From positions 1 through 24,000 of the forward strand of contig JAMOTQ010000014.1 of the NCBI GenBank assembly GCA_027068365.1: a stretch of DNA of 24,000 nt, given 5' to 3'. This document shows positions 15,356-23,120 of the stretch, piece after piece. Under the pieces are notes generated by a model. That model searched no databases, had not been told where the DNA came from, and saw nothing but the letters and a program-made list of their open reading frames with translations. Every line of letters starts with the position of its first letter. The first letter of the stretch is position 1. Made by a program: the position numbers and the translations under genes. This stretch comes from Methanocaldococcus sp. Its GTDB lineage: Archaea > AGJL01 > Methanococci > Methanococcales > Methanocaldococcaceae.

Positions 15356-16938
15356 TATTCCCACCAAAACTCATTATAAAATAAATCAAAATCTTGGCTG
15401 TATTTTTTTCCTATTCTTAAAGCAATCTCTGCCTTAGCCAACTCCCTACCAAAATAAGCTGAGTGGTCTAACTTTTTTATTAAATTTAATCTTATCGCGG
15501 TCTCATAAATTTCTTTTGGTTTTTTCCCCCTAATAATTAAAGTTGGTTCTCTCCTCTTATTGAAGTATATAACTACAATCTCTTTATTTTTTCTATCAAT
15601 CTCTATTTTAAAACTACCCTCATCCAATATTTGCCTTTCATTCTCCTTAGCTTTAATAACTGGAACTTTATAATTGTTGAATGTTATTTCCTCTTCAAAT
15701 CTCTTATCCTTATAATTTATTAAGTTAAATCCCACATCTTTTGGTAAAGAATTCCTTTTTTTAGCTAAAAACATCATCTTTGAGGCAATTTTTAACTCTT
15801 TTATTGAAAATTTGCATTTTGCACTTGCTTCTGGCGTAAATAATATATTGGCGTTGATTTCAGACGCAATGGCAGTTAATAGGGCATTAACTCCATTACT
15901 GTCAGCATCAAAAAGCTCTGTAACATTTCCAACACCAAAAAATAATGGAATTTTATTCTTTTTTTTAAATTCCCTACATGCAATAACACTCTCTATAAAA
16001 TTACATCCAGCATTATTTATTGGCTCCAAAATTGGGTCAGCAACTATTTTTTCAATTCCAGCATCAATCAATTTTTTTATATTTTCCTCCAATGACTTTA
16101 TTTTTCCTTCAATTGTTTCTGGAACATAGTTTGTTTTATAGTTCGTTGGCAAAACAACAACCGCTGTGTCAGAATCTTTTAAATAAGGTATTAACTCATC
16201 CATATTTCCAGCATCAACGCTTAAAATCATATCCGCCCCTAAATTTATCGCCGTAATCAACTCTTTTGTGTTTAAAGTATCTACGCTGATTGGATTGTCA
16301 GTTAAATCCCTCGCTATTTTTAACATCTCTTTAATTTTGTCTGCATTATTTTCATTACTAACCATTCCCAAATCAATCATATCAGCCCCGCTCTCTAAGT
16401 AGTATATTATTTTTTCCTCCAACTCCTTTTCTTTTAGCCATGGAGTATGAACTATCTCCCCTAAAACCCTCATTGGAAACCTATCCCCAACCTTTAACTT
16501 GCCTATTTTTATATCTCCCTCTCCCAACTCCTGCTCCTCTGCTTTTTTAATCTCCTCCTCACATTTCTTTTTAATAATCTCCAATAGTTGCAAATCAGCA
16601 TACTCTTTGGTTGATAATTTTATTTTGTCCAAATTTTCAATTAATATTGGAATATCTGATGCCTCTCTTGTAGATTTGAAGCATTTTATTCCTGTTTCCT
16701 CTTCAACTTTCTTTAAATCATGTCTTATCAATCCAGTCACCAAAACAAAATCGTAAATGTCCTTTAATTTTTTTCCAAGTTTTTCCTCTAATTTTCTAAT
16801 CTCTCTAATTATTAAATTTGGTGTTAAAAAAGCCGCCACTGATATGTTTGCTACATGCACATCAACAAAATTGTATTTTTCCACGGCTTTTTTAACTTTC
16901 TTTTCAGCTAATTTTCCAGTTATTATTAAAATTTTCAT
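15355..16938 (-). CDS. Two-domain protein with a dihydropteroate-synthase-like pterin-binding domain
   Basis: 527 aa from ATG 16938, with GGTGA 5 nt upstream. The central region (GADMIDLG...ISVDT...GADMILSVD) looks like a DHPS/pterin-binding TIM barrel. MJ0107 from memory. Exact activity not asserted. Confidence 0.7.
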   Translation of the reverse strand: MKILIITGKLAEKKVKKAVEKYNFVDVHVANISVAAFLTPNLIIREIRKLEEKLGKKLKDIYDFVLVTGLIRHDLKKVEEETGIKCFKSTREASDIPILIENLDKIKLSTKEYADLQLLEIIKKKCEEEIKKAEEQELGEGDIKIGKLKVGDRFPMRVLGEIVHTPWLKEKELEEKIIYYLESGADMIDLGMVSNENNADKIKEMLKIARDLTDNPISVDTLNTKELITAINLGADMILSVDAGNMDELIPYLKDSDTAVVVLPTNYKTNYVPETIEGKIKSLEENIKKLIDAGIEKIVADPILEPINNAGCNFIESVIACREFKKKNKIPLFFGVGNVTELFDADSNGVNALLTAIASEINANILFTPEASAKCKFSIKELKIASKMMFLAKKRNSLPKDVGFNLINYKDKRFEEEITFNNYKVPVIKAKENERQILDEGSFKIEIDRKNKEIVVIYFNKRREPTLIIRGKKPKEIYETAIRLNLIKKLDHSAYFGRELAKAEIALRIGKKYSQDFDLFYNEFWWE

Positions 16939-17061
16939 AATTTTCACCATGAGGTTTTACGGTGACAATTAAGATTATATAAATGATTCAATAAAATTTA
17001 TCTATTAAATTTATTAAAATTAAAATTTAAAATTAGTTTAGCCGGGTTTTTGGTGAGGAGT

Positions 17062-17766
17062 ATGAAGTTCGTAGAAAAGACAAAAATAAACTTTGAAAAT
17101 CCCATAGTTATTGAAGCGTTTCCTGGAACTGGATTGGTTGGTAGTATTGCTGGATTTCAAATAATAAAGGAATTAAAATTGAAATATTATGGATACTTTG
17201 AAATTGAAGGGATTCCTCCACTTACGACAATAGAAAAAGGAATTCCCTATCCACCAGTTAGGGCTTATGCAAATGAGGATATAGTTATTTTATTTTCAGA
17301 TGTAATAATTCCACCAATTAAAATAAATGAATTAGCTGAAATTATAGTTAAAACATTTTCAAATAAAAACCCCAAACTGTTCATCTCCCTTGGAGGGGTT
17401 ATGGCTGGAAAATCAGAAAAAGTATTTGGTATAGCCAATAAGGAAGATTTAATAGATAATTTAAAAAATTATGTTGAAATATTTAATTTTGGAGTTGTTG
17501 GGGGCATGGGAGGGAATTTATTAATAAAATGCCAAGATAATGGGCTTGATGCCATTGGCTTGTTGGCTGAAACCGTTGGAATTAGACCAGACCCAAGAGG
17601 AGGGGCTAACCTATTAGAGGTTTTAAATAAGATGTTCAATTTGAATGTAAATATTGAAAATTTACTTAAAGAGGCAGAAGCCATTGAAAATAAACTTAAA
17701 GAATTAGCAGAACAGCATTTAAAAATGATGTCAAAGAGTAGAAAGGAATATCCAATGTATATTTAA
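17062..17766 (+). CDS. PAC2-family (proteasome assembly chaperone-like) protein
   Basis: 234 aa from ATG 17062, preceded by GGTGAGGAG. The EAFPGTGLVGSIAG N-terminal motif is typical of the family. MJ0106 from memory. Confidence 0.7.
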   Translation: MKFVEKTKINFENPIVIEAFPGTGLVGSIAGFQIIKELKLKYYGYFEIEGIPPLTTIEKGIPYPPVRAYANEDIVILFSDVIIPPIKINELAEIIVKTFSNKNPKLFISLGGVMAGKSEKVFGIANKEDLIDNLKNYVEIFNFGVVGGMGGNLLIKCQDNGLDAIGLLAETVGIRPDPRGGANLLEVLNKMFNLNVNIENLLKEAEAIENKLKELAEQHLKMMSKSRKEYPMYI

Positions 17767-17767
17767 C

Positions 17768-17820
17768 CCATGGGGCTTCGCCTATTGGGATGCATTACGC
17801 TCAACCTTTTAGTAAAATCT
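17768..17820 (+). repeat. Short or degenerate member of the GC-rich hairpin element family
   Basis: CCATGGGGCTTCGCC-TATTGGGATGC...TTTTAGTAAAATCT shares its head and tail with 12831-12908. Starts 2 nt after the PAC2-family stop. Confidence 0.65.
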
Positions 17821-17910
17821 TGACCAAAATATGTATTTACATCCTAACGGAAGTAAATGCCTCTTAATTATAATTCGATACTGTTAAAACTTTCAAATTT
17901 TGGTGGTATT

Positions 17911-18255
17911 ATGAGAGTTTATGGATTGTTTGGAATTAACGAGAAGGCAATAAATGATTTCATAGAAAATCATGTCAAAACATTTACTATAATCAATGCA
18001 TTGAACTTAGAGACGGTTAAAAATCTAAAAGAGGGGGATTTAGTTTTTATAACATCAACACTTAGGGAGGATTTAAGAAATGGAACTGAGGGGGTTTTAG
18101 GAAGAGTTTTAAATGTTAAATTATCTCCTCAACTAATAAATGGATTTGAAGAAAAGGAAGTAATAGCTGGGAGGGTTCAATTTGAGATGTTGGGCTTTGC
18201 TAAATGTGTTAATGTTGAAACAATCCATGTTGAGGTAGCATTTAGAATGTATTAA
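17911..18255 (+). CDS. Conserved hypothetical protein
   Basis: 114 aa from ATG 17911, with GGTGG 5 nt upstream. The track ORF from 17857 has no SD. I recognise no domain. MJ0105 position from memory. Confidence 0.6.
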   Translation: MRVYGLFGINEKAINDFIENHVKTFTIINALNLETVKNLKEGDLVFITSTLREDLRNGTEGVLGRVLNVKLSPQLINGFEEKEVIAGRVQFEMLGFAKCVNVETIHVEVAFRMY

Positions 18256-20378
18256 TTCTTTATTTTAGCTAAATCTTTACTTATATCTTTTTTATCGTTA
18301 TTTTGAGTAGTTTCTTCATTTCTTTTGTTAGTTCCATTATCAATGTTATTATTATTTTCATTATCTCTTCTACTCTCACATTTTTTACTCTCACATTTTT
18401 GTTTATCATCATCAATTTTACTATCTTTTTTATTGCTTTTATAACTCTCTTCAACTGATTTAGCCCACTGTATCATCTCATTATAGACCTTATCCTGCTC
18501 CAATAAGTTTTTATTGCCTATCAGTATAAGCTTCCTTTTAGCCCTTGTTATTGCAACATTCAACCTTCTCAAATCTTTTAAAAATCCAAAGTTTTTTGTT
18601 CTAACAAATGAAATTACTATTGCCTCGTTCTCCCTACCTTGGAACCCATCAACAGTATTAACCTCCACATCTATATTATGCTCTTCAAACAACCTCCTCA
18701 AATATCTAACTTGGGCATCATAAGGAGTTATAACGTTCGTTGGTATCTTATACTTTACAAGTTTTTTAACAACATCTAAAACCTTCTCTGCCTCCTCTAT
18801 ATTATAATAAGATGGAGATTCCTTATCTCTCCTCTCAACTCCATCAACATTTATAAACTGGACTGGAATTTCATTTATAATATCTCTATCAATCTCATCA
18901 ATCTCCTCCTCTTTAACTAAATCCAACAAGGTTATATTTTTAACGCTCTCATCTGCCTTCAACTTGTTATCATAAAACATCCTATTTGGGAATTCCATAA
19001 TTTTTTCATTCATCCTATATTGAATTTCCAAGATTGAAGAGAACTCAGGGTATTTTTTAATTAACCTCTCAAACAATGTCTTTTTTAACTCTTCATTTTC
19101 ACTCAATACTGTTGGAGGTAGTTGCTTATGGTCTCCTGCCATAATTAACTTTTTTCCTTTAACAATTGGGATTAAGCAGGATGGTTCCATCGCTTGACTT
19201 CCTTCATCTATAACAACCACATCAAATTCCCAGCCCTTTAAAATCTCTGAGCCAGCCATTGAGTTCGTTGATACAATAACATCCGCCTCTGCTAAAATTT
19301 CATTGGTAATTTTTTCAACTATCTCATCCAAATTTTTTATAATTTTACTAATCCTCCTATTTCTTATAATCCACTCTGCCATGCTTATGATTTTTTCCTT
19401 TGGAACTCCCCTATAATCCTTCTTTTTCTTAGCCACTTTTAGAATTTGCTCGTCACTCATTCCCCTCCTCCATCTTGGGGATGGCTTTAAAAATTTATCC
19501 CTCTGCTCCTTAATCTCTTTAATTTTTTCTTTTAGGGATAAAATTTCTTGATACTTCTCATGGTTTTCAATTAAATATGGTAGAGAATGCTGTATTAAAT
19601 CCTTTGAAATCCTTGTTGGATGTCCAACCCTAACAACCTTTAAATCAGGATATTTTTTAATTAGATACTCTAATATGTTATCAGCCGCTATGTTTGAGTC
19701 AGCAGTTGCTAAAACCTTATGCTTGTTAAATCTAACCTCCTGAACAATAACCTCAGTCAAAGTCCTCGTTTTTCCAGTTCCCGGAGGACCATGGATGAGA
19801 TATAAATCTTTACTTAAAACTGCCTTTTTAACAGCCAATTTTTGGGATTCATTCAAATGTTTATCATAAAACTCTAATTCAATATCTTCCCTCAACGGCT
19901 TTTCTGGATGTTCAATGCCCAATATTATGTAAGCTAATTTATCCCTTTTTCTTGCAAATTCCTTTAACGCCTCTTTCATTCTTTTAAATGTTATGTCATT
20001 AACATACAAATCAACCCTCACTCTCTCCTTATAAACCCATTTTGGAACATCAACATCAAAGGCAACATCTATAAAGTTCTTTCCTACATAAATGACATTT
20101 GCATATAAATCACTCTGTAATGGGTTTTCTTTGCTGATTAAAACAACATCTCCCGGTGAAATTTCCGTTTTAAATGGCTTCTTTCTCCCAAATCTTACAA
20201 TCGTGCATCCTAAGCTCTCTCCCAAGAACTTTCCCTTTAAATTTAAAATTGCCCTTCCAACATTTTCCCTCTTTTTTCCCAACCTAATTATCTCATTTTT
20301 GTGAAAATCCATCTCACATTTTCTCTCAATCTCAATCAAATCCCTAAATTTTTTTACGTATAAATCCACTAAATTCAA
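18252..20378 (-). CDS. Superfamily-1 helicase, Upf1/Dna2/IGHMBP2-like
   Basis: 708 aa with GPPGTGKT (motif I), VIDEGSQ (II), VDGFQGRE and NVAITRAK (V/VI). Apparent TTG start at 20378 with GGTGA 4 nt upstream and no nearby ATG. MJ0104 from memory. Confidence 0.88.
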   Translation of the reverse strand: MNLVDLYVKKFRDLIEIERKCEMDFHKNEIIRLGKKRENVGRAILNLKGKFLGESLGCTIVRFGRKKPFKTEISPGDVVLISKENPLQSDLYANVIYVGKNFIDVAFDVDVPKWVYKERVRVDLYVNDITFKRMKEALKEFARKRDKLAYIILGIEHPEKPLREDIELEFYDKHLNESQKLAVKKAVLSKDLYLIHGPPGTGKTRTLTEVIVQEVRFNKHKVLATADSNIAADNILEYLIKKYPDLKVVRVGHPTRISKDLIQHSLPYLIENHEKYQEILSLKEKIKEIKEQRDKFLKPSPRWRRGMSDEQILKVAKKKKDYRGVPKEKIISMAEWIIRNRRISKIIKNLDEIVEKITNEILAEADVIVSTNSMAGSEILKGWEFDVVVIDEGSQAMEPSCLIPIVKGKKLIMAGDHKQLPPTVLSENEELKKTLFERLIKKYPEFSSILEIQYRMNEKIMEFPNRMFYDNKLKADESVKNITLLDLVKEEEIDEIDRDIINEIPVQFINVDGVERRDKESPSYYNIEEAEKVLDVVKKLVKYKIPTNVITPYDAQVRYLRRLFEEHNIDVEVNTVDGFQGRENEAIVISFVRTKNFGFLKDLRRLNVAITRAKRKLILIGNKNLLEQDKVYNEMIQWAKSVEESYKSNKKDSKIDDDKQKCESKKCESRRDNENNNNIDNGTNKRNEETTQNNDKKDISKDLAKIKN

Positions 20379-20393
20379 TTTATCACCACACTT

Positions 20394-21695
20394 TTAAATT
20401 AACTCTCCGACTATTATATTATCCTTATTCCTTAAAATTCTCACTTTAACAACCTTTCCCATTAAATTTTGTTCATTATTGCAGTTAATTATCTGAATAA
20501 CTCTATCCCTACCAACTCCCAAAACTTCTCCTTTAACTCTACCATCTAAAACTACTTTTACTTTTGTTATCTCCCCAACTTTAAAAGGATATGGCAACCT
20601 CTTCCTCTTATGCGTTCCAAAATCCTTTGGGGATGTTATAAGCTTAACATCTATGCCCTTCTTTTTATATTCAAACTCATATCTCCTCAACAAATCATAA
20701 AACTTATTAAAATCCCAAATCTTCATTTTTTTAGGTCTTCTACCCAATTGATAAACCCTACACAATTGGCATCCTAAAATAGGGTCTCTTTTTCCAGTTA
20801 AAGGATTAATGATATTTTGCTTAACCTTCAAATCTAAATCAATAGCATAATCAATAACCCTCTTAAATTCCTCATCATTTATATTTGGCAATAAAAGAGG
20901 GGCTATAAGTAGATGAATCTTAGAGTTTTTTATATATTCAGCAATATCCAAAATCTTCTCAATCTTGTAATCTTTCCTACCTGAGAGCATTTTAGCCATC
21001 TTTTCATCTAAGGCATTGATAGAGAGGTTTATCCTATGTAATCCCGCCTCCTCCAACTCATCAATTAATTTATAATCTAAGACAGTTCCATTTGTTTGCA
21101 TGGAGACAATGCCTTTACCTTTTTTATTTATCTCAGCTAACTCTTGAACTAAATCAACCAACGGATAATAAAGAGATGGCTCTCCTTGCCCGTCTAAATG
21201 TGCCTCAATAAATTTATTTCCTTTAAAATCAACTATTTTTTTATAATTCTCAATTAAATAATCTAAATCAACATAGTAATCATTTTTTCTTGTTTTTGAG
21301 AACTCGCCTTCATCTACCGAGCAAAAAATACAATTTAAATTACAGCCACAATGCCCTCTAACTTGTATAATGTTCCTACCTCTCTCAATTAAACCAAAGG
21401 CAGTATGCCCAATCAAAGGAATTGGTTCATTTATATAGATAACCCTTCTTTTTGTTATCTTACTCTTTAAATTGTTGGCTATGCTGTAAGATATTAGATT
21501 TAAAATCCCAACCTTTATATTTTCAGCTCTTTTTGGATGGGCATTAATCAGTAATATTGAGCCGTCAATTTCAACCTCTTCATAAGGAATTTCAACCTCA
21601 ACCTCATAGATTTTGTTTATTTCTAAAATTAGTGTGTTGTCTTTATTTTTAACATCCGTTATCATCCTATATTGTGATAAATCTAAGTATGTCAT
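20394..21695 (-). CDS. Radical SAM protein with a C-terminal TRAM/OB-like domain
   Basis: 433 aa from ATG 21695. CNLNCIFC (CX3CX2C) cluster motif. The C-terminal ~60 aa (PFKVGEITKVKV...VKVRILR) resembles a TRAM fold. MJ0103 from memory. Confidence 0.8.
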   Translation of the reverse strand: MTYLDLSQYRMITDVKNKDNTLILEINKIYEVEVEIPYEEVEIDGSILLINAHPKRAENIKVGILNLISYSIANNLKSKITKRRVIYINEPIPLIGHTAFGLIERGRNIIQVRGHCGCNLNCIFCSVDEGEFSKTRKNDYYVDLDYLIENYKKIVDFKGNKFIEAHLDGQGEPSLYYPLVDLVQELAEINKKGKGIVSMQTNGTVLDYKLIDELEEAGLHRINLSINALDEKMAKMLSGRKDYKIEKILDIAEYIKNSKIHLLIAPLLLPNINDEEFKRVIDYAIDLDLKVKQNIINPLTGKRDPILGCQLCRVYQLGRRPKKMKIWDFNKFYDLLRRYEFEYKKKGIDVKLITSPKDFGTHKRKRLPYPFKVGEITKVKVVLDGRVKGEVLGVGRDRVIQIINCNNEQNLMGKVVKVRILRNKDNIIVGELI

Positions 21696-21889
21696 AGTTC
21701 CACGCAATATTTAAATATTCACATTAATTAGAAAAATTAGGAACAATTTAAACACTCTTACTGTTTAATTTGTTTGCCAATTATAAAAGAAAAATTTTGC
21801 AGTTAATTTTTTTTGTAGTTAGTTATTGCTATAATAATTAAAAATTAAAAAAAGCTCAAAATATCTGGTGCAAGGTCTGAGATTTAAAG

Positions 21890-21970
21890 CATAGGGCTTC
21901 GCCCTATTGCTATACCTCCAAAGGATGCATTGCCTCGCTAACGCTCGGCAATGCCTCTTCTAATTAGCTA
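21890..21970 (+). repeat. GC-rich hairpin element next to the tRNA-Leu 3' end
   Basis: ATAGGGC-TTCG-GCCCTAT (21890-21906), TGCTATACC, GCATTGCC-TCGCTAACGCTC-GGCAATGC (21926-21953), CTCTTCTAATTAGCTAT. Flanked by AAATATCTGGTGC at 21858-21870 and 21973-21985. Confidence 0.72.
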
Positions 21971-21979
21971 TCAAATATC

Positions 21980-22067
21980 TGGTGCGGGGGACGGGATTTG
22001 AACCCGCGAACCCCTACGGGACCAGACCCTCAATCTGGCGCCTTTGGCCAGGCTTGGCGACCCCCGC
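21980..22067 (-). tRNA. tRNA-Leu (anticodon GAG), CCA encoded
   Basis: The reverse complement reads GCGGGGG..GCCAAGCCTGGCCAAAGGCG-CCAGA-TTGAGGG-TCTGG-long variable arm-GCGGGTTCAAATCCCGT-CCCCCGC-A-CCA. A TTTATAAATA TATA box lies about 20 nt upstream on the same strand (22084-22093). Confidence 0.9.
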
Positions 22068-22106
22068 CCTTAAAGGCAAATTTTATTTATAAACCCTCTC
22101 TATTTC

Positions 22107-22194
22107 GGGCTTTACGCAGAAATAATATTTCTATTGAACAATGAGCCATGAATGGCTCAAAATACAATTTTGCATAATAAAATGCATAAAGCCC
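22107..22194. repeat. 88-nt nested palindrome cluster (outer 8-bp stem enclosing three hairpins)
   Basis: Outer stem GGGCTTTA (22107-22114) / TAAAGCCC (22187-22194). Inner AGAAATA-A-TATTTCT (22118-22132), TGAGCCA-TGAA-TGGCTCA (22142-22159) and TGCAT-N6-ATGCA (22171-22186). Lies between the divergent tRNA promoters. Confidence 0.55.
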
Positions 22195-22218
22195 ATATAT
22201 AAAACTTACGCCGAAAAG

Positions 22219-22228
22219 TATATATATA
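22219..22228 (+). promoter_or_regulatory. TATA box for tRNA-Met
   Basis: AAAAG-TATATATATA lies 26-35 nt upstream of the mature 5' end at 22254. Confidence 0.5.
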
Positions 22229-22253
22229 AGTTTTTAATATTAAGGTATTGCGT

Positions 22254-22364
22254 GCCGAGGTGGCTTAGCTGGTTATAGCGCCCGGCTCATACGGATATCC
22301 CAGCCCAACGGCTGGGTCCTGGGAAACCGGGAGGTCGAGGGTTCGAATCCCTCCCTCGGCACCA
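22254..22364 (+). tRNA. tRNA-Met (anticodon CAU, elongator type) with a 34-nt intron at the canonical 37/38 position, CCA encoded
   Basis: GCCGAGG acceptor pairing with CCTCGGC-A-CCA. Anticodon stem CCCGG/CCGGG, loop CU-CAU-A, then the intron 22292-22325, then A. T arm GAGGG-TTCGAAT-CCCTC. The intron holds a 7-bp hairpin CCCAGCC-CAAC-GGCTGGG. A CAU anticodon could alternatively be tRNA-Ile2. Confidence 0.85.
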
Positions 22365-22541
22365 TTTTATTCCCGGAGGTTTAAAATTTTTTGATGGAAC
22401 TTTTTCTAAAAGTATAGTTTCTTTGGAATCATTTTTTATTTTAGATATTATATTTATATATTTGGATGTTTAGATTGACTATTTTTAAATAACACTATTT
22501 TTAAAACATAAAATATGTCCAACAATTTTAGTGGTGAATTT

Positions 22542-23120
22542 ATGAAACTTATAGTTTGCATAACTGGGGCGAGTGGGGTTATCTACGCAAAAAGATTATT
22601 GGAAGTTTTAAAAGATAAAAACATTAATGTTAGTTTAATTATTTCTAACTCAGCTAAGAAAATCATTAAAGAGGAGCTAAACATTGATTGGGAAGAATTA
22701 AAAAAGTTAGCATCAGAGTATTATGATAACGATGATTTTTTTAGCCCAATTGCCTCTGGTTCAAACAAATTTGATGCCGTTATAGTTGTGCCTTGTTCAA
22801 TGAAAACACTCTCAGCTATCGCCAATGGATACTCAGCAAATTTAATAGTTAGAGTTTGCGATATTGCCTTAAAAGAGAGAAGGAAATTAATAATCATGCC
22901 AAGGGAGATGCCATTAAACAGCATACACTTGGAGAATATGCTAAAACTTTCTAACTTGGGAGCTATAATAATGCCCCCAATTCCTGCTTTCTATAATAAA
23001 CCAAAAACTGTTGATGAGATAGTAGATTTTGTTGTTGGGAGGGTTTTGGATATTTTAGGAATAGAAAATAATTTATTTAAAAGATGGAGAAATAATAATG
23101 GTGATATTGATGCTCGATAA
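22542..23120 (+). CDS. ubiX: UbiX-family flavin prenyltransferase
   Basis: 192 aa from ATG 22542, with GGTGA 4 nt upstream. [13 protein letters not shown]-terminus and a [14 protein letters not shown] motif. MJ0102 from memory. Confidence 0.88.
   Translation: MKLIVCITGASGVIYAKRLLEVLKDKNINVSLIISNSAKKIIKEELNIDWEELKKLASEYYDNDDFFSPIASGSNKFDAVIVVPCSMKTLSAIANGYSANLIVRVCDIALKERRKLIIMPREMPLNSIHLENMLKLSNLGAIIMPPIPAFYNKPKTVDEIVDFVVGRVLDILGIENNLFKRWRNNNGDIDAR

Noticed and set aside
14484-16972. Plus-strand ORFs inside pyruvate kinase and the DHPS-like gene (14484-15086, 15812-16129, 16020-16256, 16499-16756, 16757-16972)
   Set aside because: All are antisense to genes with clear family motifs, are Ser/Phe/Ile-rich low-complexity sequences, and have no SD.
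18252-20378. Helicase considered as a Cas3-like or other CRISPR-associated helicase, given the two nearby arrays
   Set aside because: Its motifs are SF1 Upf1/Dna2-type (AAA_11/AAA_12-like), not SF2 Cas3. It has no HD nuclease domain. It is 7 kb from the nearest array, within a conserved housekeeping neighbourhood.
22107-22194. Cloverleaf-like element considered as a tRNA or pseudo-tRNA
   Set aside because: It has no T-loop (GTTCRANYC), no D-loop consensus and no anticodon-loop geometry. It has an 8-bp outer stem and AT-rich arms, unlike the GC-rich genuine tRNAs here.
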